In this document: positions 58,736 through 64,000 of the stretch, one piece after another
How positions within the stretch are numbered: the stretch's first letter is position 1
How the letters are laid out: each line of letters starts with the position of its first letter
Assembly: GCA_963846575.1 (NCBI GenBank)
Contig: CAWJWJ010000002.1
Coordinates: 224,001 to 288,000 of the forward strand
DNA length: 64,000 bases
Origin: an uncultured Nitrospiraceae bacterium
Lineage (GTDB): Bacteria > Nitrospirota > Nitrospiria > Nitrospirales > Nitrospiraceae
Direction: 5' to 3'
Translations under genes and position numbers: made by a program
The notes under the pieces: model-generated
Databases searched by the model: none
What the model saw: only the letters and a program-made list of their open reading frames with translations
What the model was told of the DNA's origin: nothing

Positions 58736-59758
58736 TCAGGGGTAAAGCATTGAGCCGGATGATTTCGTGTTATCACGACGGACCGCCCGACCCGAGACTG
58801 ATTTCGAGTGGTTGCGGAAACGGGCCGGCGGCAGCCTGAACTCACGTTTGAAGGCCCGGTTAAAGGCCGCCTCCGATTCATAACCGACCTCCGCGGCGAT
58901 TTCGGCCACGCTCCGGCTGGTGGATTTCAGGATCTGCGCGCCGAGCTGCAATCGCCAGCGCGTGAGGTAGGCAATGGGTGTCTCCGAAAGGTACCGTCGA
59001 AAACGCTCGGCCAGGACGGAGCGGGACATGCCGACCTCATTCGCGAGCGTGGCAATCGTCCAAGGATGGGCCGGTTGTCGGTGCAGCAGGGCCAAGGCCT
59101 TTCCGACTTCCGGGTCGCGAATGCCGGCCAGCCAGCCGGTGTGTTCCGGTGGGAGTAAGGCAATATAACGCCGCAACGTTTCAACGAAGAGGACTTCGGA
59201 CAGCTTGGCGAGCACGGCTTCTTCCCCAGGCCTGGAGGCATCCGCATTATTCACCGAATACCGGATGGAGTTTTCCAGCCACTGACCGGACGCGTCCTGG
59301 CGAATGTTGACCTTCAGGATGGGCGGCAGCCCGCCGAGGAAGATCCGGCTGAGTTGAGGTTCGCAGGTCAGGTAGCCGCAGATGAGTTTAGTGAGTTCTC
59401 CCCCTCCGCCCAGGCGGGAAACCTTGAGGCCTTCGGACAGGATCCTGTGCAGCTCTTGCGAGCTGTCGACCGGCGTGACAGGCGCGCCGTTTCCCATCAC
59501 GTGCGCATCACCGTGCGGCAGGATCACGATGTCCCCCGCCTGCAGGGGAAGCGACCGATCGTCTCCCTCGAGATGCACGTAGCCGCGGCCCTCGGTTAAT
59601 AAATGATAAATGATGACGTGCCTGGACTCCGGGGAAAGATACGGAGCCATGGCGTGGGAGGCAGGTTGACCAACGCACCAGGGCGCTGAAAACTCGGCAT
59701 TGTAATACAGGGCGCCGTCGAGCCTGACGGCCTTGAGGACCTCGGACAAGACATCCAT
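58736..59758 (-). CDS. AraC-family regulator with Cupin_6-type N-terminal domain
   Basis: MDVLSEVL, APW, GDIVILPHG, LICGY, PWTIATLA, GYESEAAFNRAFKR. Confidence 0.92.
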   Translation of the reverse strand: MDVLSEVLKAVRLDGALYYNAEFSAPWCVGQPASHAMAPYLSPESRHVIIYHLLTEGRGYVHLEGDDRSLPLQAGDIVILPHGDAHVMGNGAPVTPVDSSQELHRILSEGLKVSRLGGGGELTKLICGYLTCEPQLSRIFLGGLPPILKVNIRQDASGQWLENSIRYSVNNADASRPGEEAVLAKLSEVLFVETLRRYIALLPPEHTGWLAGIRDPEVGKALALLHRQPAHPWTIATLANEVGMSRSVLAERFRRYLSETPIAYLTRWRLQLGAQILKSTSRSVAEIAAEVGYESEAAFNRAFKREFRLPPARFRNHSKSVSGRAVRRDNTKSSGSMLYP

Positions 59759-59954
59759 GCGCGCTCCCTGCTGAGGCGGCGTCGTTTCGGCAAACATTAT
59801 CGGACGCCTAGGCAAGTCGCGCGCAGCCTAACATGCTCCTGCAAAGAGAACCAGACTCCCGGATAAGGCATGAACCGGCGATCCGCCTATACTGCGACCG
59901 TGGTTGAGGCGGCGAGGCCAATCTATTATTCCACAACACGAAGGGAGGGACACC

Positions 59955-60776
59955 ATGTTGACCCGCGCACGATTAGCTGAGGCCGAGACTGTGAAGACGC
60001 GTCTTAAGCAGACCTGGATGGCCGGCGACTACGACCGCTTCTCGCGTTACATGGAAGGCGGTGCAAGGGAGTTCTACGAGCGCCTTACGCTTGCTCAGGG
60101 CTGCCGCCTCCTGGACGTGGGCTGTGGCTCAGGCCAATTGGCTCTCATGGCTGCGAAGGATGGTTTGGACGTGACCGGTGTGGACATCGCCGGCAATCTG
60201 GTGGAACGGGCCCGGGCGCGTGCGGAGGCGGAGGGCCTGCCGGCCCGGTTCGAGGAAGGCGATGCGGAGGCGCTCCCCTTCGAGGATGCGAGTTTCGATG
60301 TGGTGGCGAGCCTCATCGCGGCGATGTTCGCGCCACGGCCGGATCTGGTGGCTCTGGAACTCCTGCGGGTGTGCAGGCCCGGCGGCACGATTGCCATGGC
60401 CAATTGGACGCCGCAGGGATTCGTGGGGCAAATGTTCAAGACTGTTTCCGCCTTTATTGCGCCCTCCGGGATGCCCTCTCCGGTTCTCTGGGGAGATGAA
60501 GCCACCGTCCGTGAGAGGCTCGGCGAGGGACTGTCCGATCTCAAGCTGGCCAGGCGCGAGTACAGGCTGACTTACCCCTTTACTGCTTCCGAAGTGGTGG
60601 AGTTTTTCCGCCTGTATTATGGCCCCATCAATCGCGCGTTTGCTTCCCTTGATGCCGGGGGCGGCAGCCGCCTTCGTCAGGAGCTTGAAGCGCTCTGGTC
60701 TGTCCACAACCGAGCGGGAAGCGGCTGCACCACCGTTTTTGCTGAATATCTGGAAGTTGTCGGCATTCGAGCGTGA
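59955..60776 (+). CDS. Class I SAM-dependent methyltransferase
   Basis: LLDVGCGSG, GVDIA, GDAEALPFEDASFDVV; ATG after AGGGAGG; divergent from AraC. Confidence 0.9.
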   Translation: MLTRARLAEAETVKTRLKQTWMAGDYDRFSRYMEGGAREFYERLTLAQGCRLLDVGCGSGQLALMAAKDGLDVTGVDIAGNLVERARARAEAEGLPARFEEGDAEALPFEDASFDVVASLIAAMFAPRPDLVALELLRVCRPGGTIAMANWTPQGFVGQMFKTVSAFIAPSGMPSPVLWGDEATVRERLGEGLSDLKLARREYRLTYPFTASEVVEFFRLYYGPINRAFASLDAGGGSRLRQELEALWSVHNRAGSGCTTVFAEYLEVVGIRA

Positions 60777-61214
60777 CCGAGTTGCAAGAGAATCCGAGGG
60801 AGATCCGCACCTCCGGGCGGCTATCCTGGCAGAGGATGGCCGCCTGTTCAATGTAGCCTGATGCAGGTCGCACGGCGCCGTTCCTGCTTGATCGCCTCCC
60901 CGTCGTCGTCACTCTTTCGTGTGCCGATTTTCCGTCTGTACGAGCCCCCTTCTTCCTTCTTTATCTGCCCCTGAACCCCCTGCCGCGTGTCGATGACTCT
61001 TCAAGCGGTTCGCGAGACACCTGTGTCTGATTCTCAAGAAGCTCCGGACCATCCGTCTCGATGCAGCGCTGTTGCGCGGCCATTATTGTTTTCGCGTTTT
61101 GTAGAGAGTGGCATCGACCGGCAGGGTTCATCTCGATTTGCCGGATGAGCGGGGGGTAAGATTGACGTAACGATTCGCTGAGGGACATGCGAAAACAGAA
61201 ATGGAGACCGTATC

Positions 61215-61811
61215 ATGAAGGGTGGAGGATTCTGGATTGGACTCGCAGTGGGAGCGATCGCAATGGGTCTCCTCGGTCAGCGCAGTCCTGCTGTCGCAAG
61301 CAAGGAGGTCACTCCACCCGCATGCGTACGAGCCGAAGCCGTTGCCGACTACATCCATAGTGTGATCCAAGCGGATCGGACGTTTTATACGACCGACGTC
61401 GTTGAGCGGATGCAGATGCGGGGCATCGTCTTCGCCGGGGAGAACTGGCGAGAGAGTTCGCGGCTTCCCCTCCCGGCTCAGTTCCTGTTGGAGGCGGGAC
61501 GGCTCGTGGCAGGAGGACATAGCGGGCTTCGATACCGGTTGGTCAGCAATTGGGCGATTAACAGTAAAAACAGCCCGGCCACTGACTTCGAGAGAACCGG
61601 CCTGAAGGAGGTGCTGGTGAACCCAAGCCAGCCCTACACGGCTGTCACGACAGAGGGTGGAACCTCCGTATTTCAGGCACTCTATGCAGATCGAGCCATG
61701 TCCCAGTCCTGCGTGGGGTGCCATAATGCCCATCCCAACAGCCCCAAAAAAGACTTCAAGCCGCGGGACGTCATGGGGGGGATTGTGGTGACCATTCCCC
61801 TGTCCCGATAG
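61215..61811 (+). CDS. Exported c-type heme protein (DUF3365/Tll0287-like)
   Basis: Signal peptide, PLPAQF, NSKNSP..FE, CVGCH heme motif, DVMGGIVVTIP. Confidence 0.85.
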   Translation: MKGGGFWIGLAVGAIAMGLLGQRSPAVASKEVTPPACVRAEAVADYIHSVIQADRTFYTTDVVERMQMRGIVFAGENWRESSRLPLPAQFLLEAGRLVAGGHSGLRYRLVSNWAINSKNSPATDFERTGLKEVLVNPSQPYTAVTTEGGTSVFQALYADRAMSQSCVGCHNAHPNSPKKDFKPRDVMGGIVVTIPLSR

Positions 61812-61921
61812 CCGCTTTGGTCGGACTCGCCTTAGGGGGAGCGCGTTTGATGTCGGCGCGAGCGGGCGAAGCAGGATCGTGGCCCGTTGCGACCCACAGA
61901 CCTGCCGGAAATTCTTCTCGG

Positions 61922-62125
61922 TTAGCCGGCCTGCCGTTTTTTCCAGTCGTCCGTCAATAACCCTTCGAATCCCCAGTTCTCTTCGGAGATTTCTTGAATG
62001 ACGATGTGAATGTGCTCCGGCTTCTTCTGGAGGATACGGCCGAGCGAGGCCGTTACCTCTTTCACGAGTTCAGCCTTCTGCGCCCTCGTGGCACCCGTGG
62101 TGATCTGAACGTTCACATAAGGCAT
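61922..62125 (-). CDS. 4-oxalocrotonate tautomerase family protein
   Basis: N-terminal Pro after Met, QKAELV, IHIVIQEISEENWGFEG. Confidence 0.9.
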   Translation of the reverse strand: MPYVNVQITTGATRAQKAELVKEVTASLGRILQKKPEHIHIVIQEISEENWGFEGLLTDDWKKRQAG

Positions 62126-62215
62126 GATGCTCCTCTTCGATTGGTTGGGCCGGCCAAGGCACCGGAAATGATGCCGGCCGATGGCAGCAGTCGCCGTGCA
62201 GCCTGCTAATGCAGA

Positions 62216-62563
62216 TTAAAGAGTCGGAGGAGGGGCGGACTCGCCCGTCCCGGTCTTAGACGGGACAGCCACATGCACCGTCTGCTCAGGATTGTTTCGT
62301 CTTTGTCGGCGCCGGTCCAGCCACCAGGCCAGGAGGGGAAACAGAGCGAAGGAGCCCGGAGCCAGTAAGACTAGAAGGTAGGGACTGAGCGACGTCAGGT
62401 TGCGTAGATGGCTGCGAAGCTGCGCCCGTTCCGCGGGGGTCCATCGGCTGCCGTTGCGCTGCTTCATTAACAATGGCAACAGTCCTTGCATGCCTTGCAT
62501 CTCAGCCCTGATGCGATCCCGCTCCCGGCCGAGGGGAGCAACAAAACAGCGAGGGATATTCAC
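62216..62563 (-). CDS. Hypothetical protein with one hydrophobic segment
   Basis: LLPLLMKQRNG..WT..ER...LLAPGSFALFPLLAWWLDRRR. Confidence 0.6.
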   Translation of the reverse strand: MNIPRCFVAPLGRERDRIRAEMQGMQGLLPLLMKQRNGSRWTPAERAQLRSHLRNLTSLSPYLLVLLAPGSFALFPLLAWWLDRRRQRRNNPEQTVHVAVPSKTGTGESAPPPTL

Positions 62564-62866
62564 GACAATCCTTTCACGGGGGTGCGGTGCACCGGGCTCG
62601 TATGCAGAGCCCGGCCCATTCTACGTGTTCGGATCCGTTTGGTCTATCGCGGTCGACGTGCACGATGAAGGCTGGGGACAGAGGGCGTTACCGCATCGGA
62701 CGGGTACGGTTGCAGGCTGCGCGTATGGAGCGCAACATGACGGGCTTCTGGCCCCTTCGACCCATCTCCATGGCCATCCATAGGCCATCTTCTCATGGAT
62801 GGTTCAATTGATTGTGGGGGAGGGGGTGTCGTAGAATTATCAACGAGATGTCGGCTGCAATAAAGG

Positions 62867-63997
62867 GTGTCTGACTCAACCGAAAGGCTGCAGGTGAAAA
62901 CGGTCGCCACGCTTCCTCGTCCCATCACGGACTACCAGTCACTGTCTGCCGAAGAATTGTTCGAGCGGACCTGTGCGGCGAAACGCCTCCTCGGCGATCG
63001 TGTCATGATTCTCGGGCATAACTACCAGCGCGATGAAGTGATACAACATGCCGATTTCCGTGGCGATTCCCTCATCCTTTCGCAGGTGGCCGAGCAAAAA
63101 TCCGATCGCCCCTATGTCGTGTTTTGCGGCGTGCATTTCATGGCGGAAACCGCGGATGTGTTGAGCCGCTCCAACCAAACGGTCATTCTTCCGGACATGG
63201 CGGCCGGCTGTTCCATGGCCGACATGGCAGCGATCGAGCAGGTGGAGCAGTGCTGGGATGCGCTGGGCCGGATCGTCCCGGTTGAGGAGACAGTCATGCC
63301 GGCGGTCTATGTGAATTCGGCGGCGGTCCTGAAGGCCTTCTGCGGCGAACACGGCGGGCTGACGTGCACCTCGTCCAACGCCCGCAAGGTCATCGAATGG
63401 AGTTGGGCGCGCCGGGAGAAGATTCTGTTTTTCCCTGACGAACATCTTGGCCGCAACACGGCCAACAAAATGGGCATCCCCCGTGAGCAGATGATTGTCT
63501 GGGATCCCTACATGCCACGCGGCGGCAATTCGATTGAGGCGATCCAGCGGGCCAGGCTGATTCTGTGGAAGGGCCATTGCAGCGTGCACCAGATGTTTCA
63601 ACCGTCCCACGTGGACTATTTCCGCAAGCAATACCCCGGGGGCCAGGTCATCGTCCATCCGGAATGCCATGAGGATGTGGTCAACAGGGCGGACCTGGTG
63701 GGCTCGACCGAATTCATCATTCGCACCATCACTGCGGCGCCTGCCGGCACGACCTGGGCCGTGGGGACGGAATTGAATCTGGTCAACCGGCTGAAGCAGG
63801 AGCAGACCGACAAGAAGGTGTTTTTCCTATCCTCAACCGTGTGCCAATGTGCCACGATGTACCGCATCGATGCCCCGCACCTGTGCTGGGCGCTGGAAAA
63901 CCTGGTGGACGGCCATGTCGTGAATCAGATCGTCGTGCCGGACGACGAAAAGCAGTGGGCCAAGGTAGCGCTCGACCGCATGATGGCCCTTAGCTAG
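62867..63997 (+). CDS. nadA: Quinolinate synthase
   Basis: ILGHNYQ, FCGVHFMAETA, AGCSMA, YVNS, CTSSNA, CSVH, HPEC, GST, CATM. Confidence 0.97.
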   Translation: MSDSTERLQVKTVATLPRPITDYQSLSAEELFERTCAAKRLLGDRVMILGHNYQRDEVIQHADFRGDSLILSQVAEQKSDRPYVVFCGVHFMAETADVLSRSNQTVILPDMAAGCSMADMAAIEQVEQCWDALGRIVPVEETVMPAVYVNSAAVLKAFCGEHGGLTCTSSNARKVIEWSWARREKILFFPDEHLGRNTANKMGIPREQMIVWDPYMPRGGNSIEAIQRARLILWKGHCSVHQMFQPSHVDYFRKQYPGGQVIVHPECHEDVVNRADLVGSTEFIIRTITAAPAGTTWAVGTELNLVNRLKQEQTDKKVFFLSSTVCQCATMYRIDAPHLCWALENLVDGHVVNQIVVPDDEKQWAKVALDRMMALS

Positions 63998-64000
63998 CCA

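Overview
A GC-rich bacterial chromosome segment. The gene order and a characteristic palindromic repeat suggest Nitrospira, but this is inference. 1-22.3 kb is housekeeping: ilvC 3' end, psd-pssA, a Leu T-box riboswitch, leuA-cupin-leuB-NHL protein-asd, spoIID-like, queA, mreBCD-mrdA-rodA, rng, dprA-topA. 22.4-37.1 kb is an iron-homeostasis island with three similar Fur-box-like sites. It holds two complementary bacterioferritin subunits, fur, an Fe(III) ABC transporter and ExbB/ExbD/TonB. It also holds an apparently uncharacterised operon: a 59-aa zinc-ribbon protein absent from the ORF track, a porin, a lipoprotein, an FMN-binding protein with an SGAT flavinylation motif, a His-containing 4-TM protein, HD-GYP and AraC. 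This operon is divergent from apbE and is the best candidate for a new system (flavinylation-based reductive iron uptake). 37-45 kb has a Panacea-like orphan, regulators, an M32 peptidase, an O-methyltransferase and a DMT transporter. 45.3-51.4 kb is an acetyltransferase-FkbH-MaoC/SDR-ACP-wzt cluster that looks like a glyceryl/lactyl-ACP supply line for a surface glycan. 53.5-58.7 kb is a TPP-riboswitch-led thiC-thi4(non-Cys)-TPR-pseudo-receiver-ygfZ run. The window ends with AraC/methyltransferase, a c-type heme protein, a tautomerase and nadA. No CRISPR array, tRNA, rRNA or transposase was seen. All calls come from reading motifs by eye; no database searches were run.
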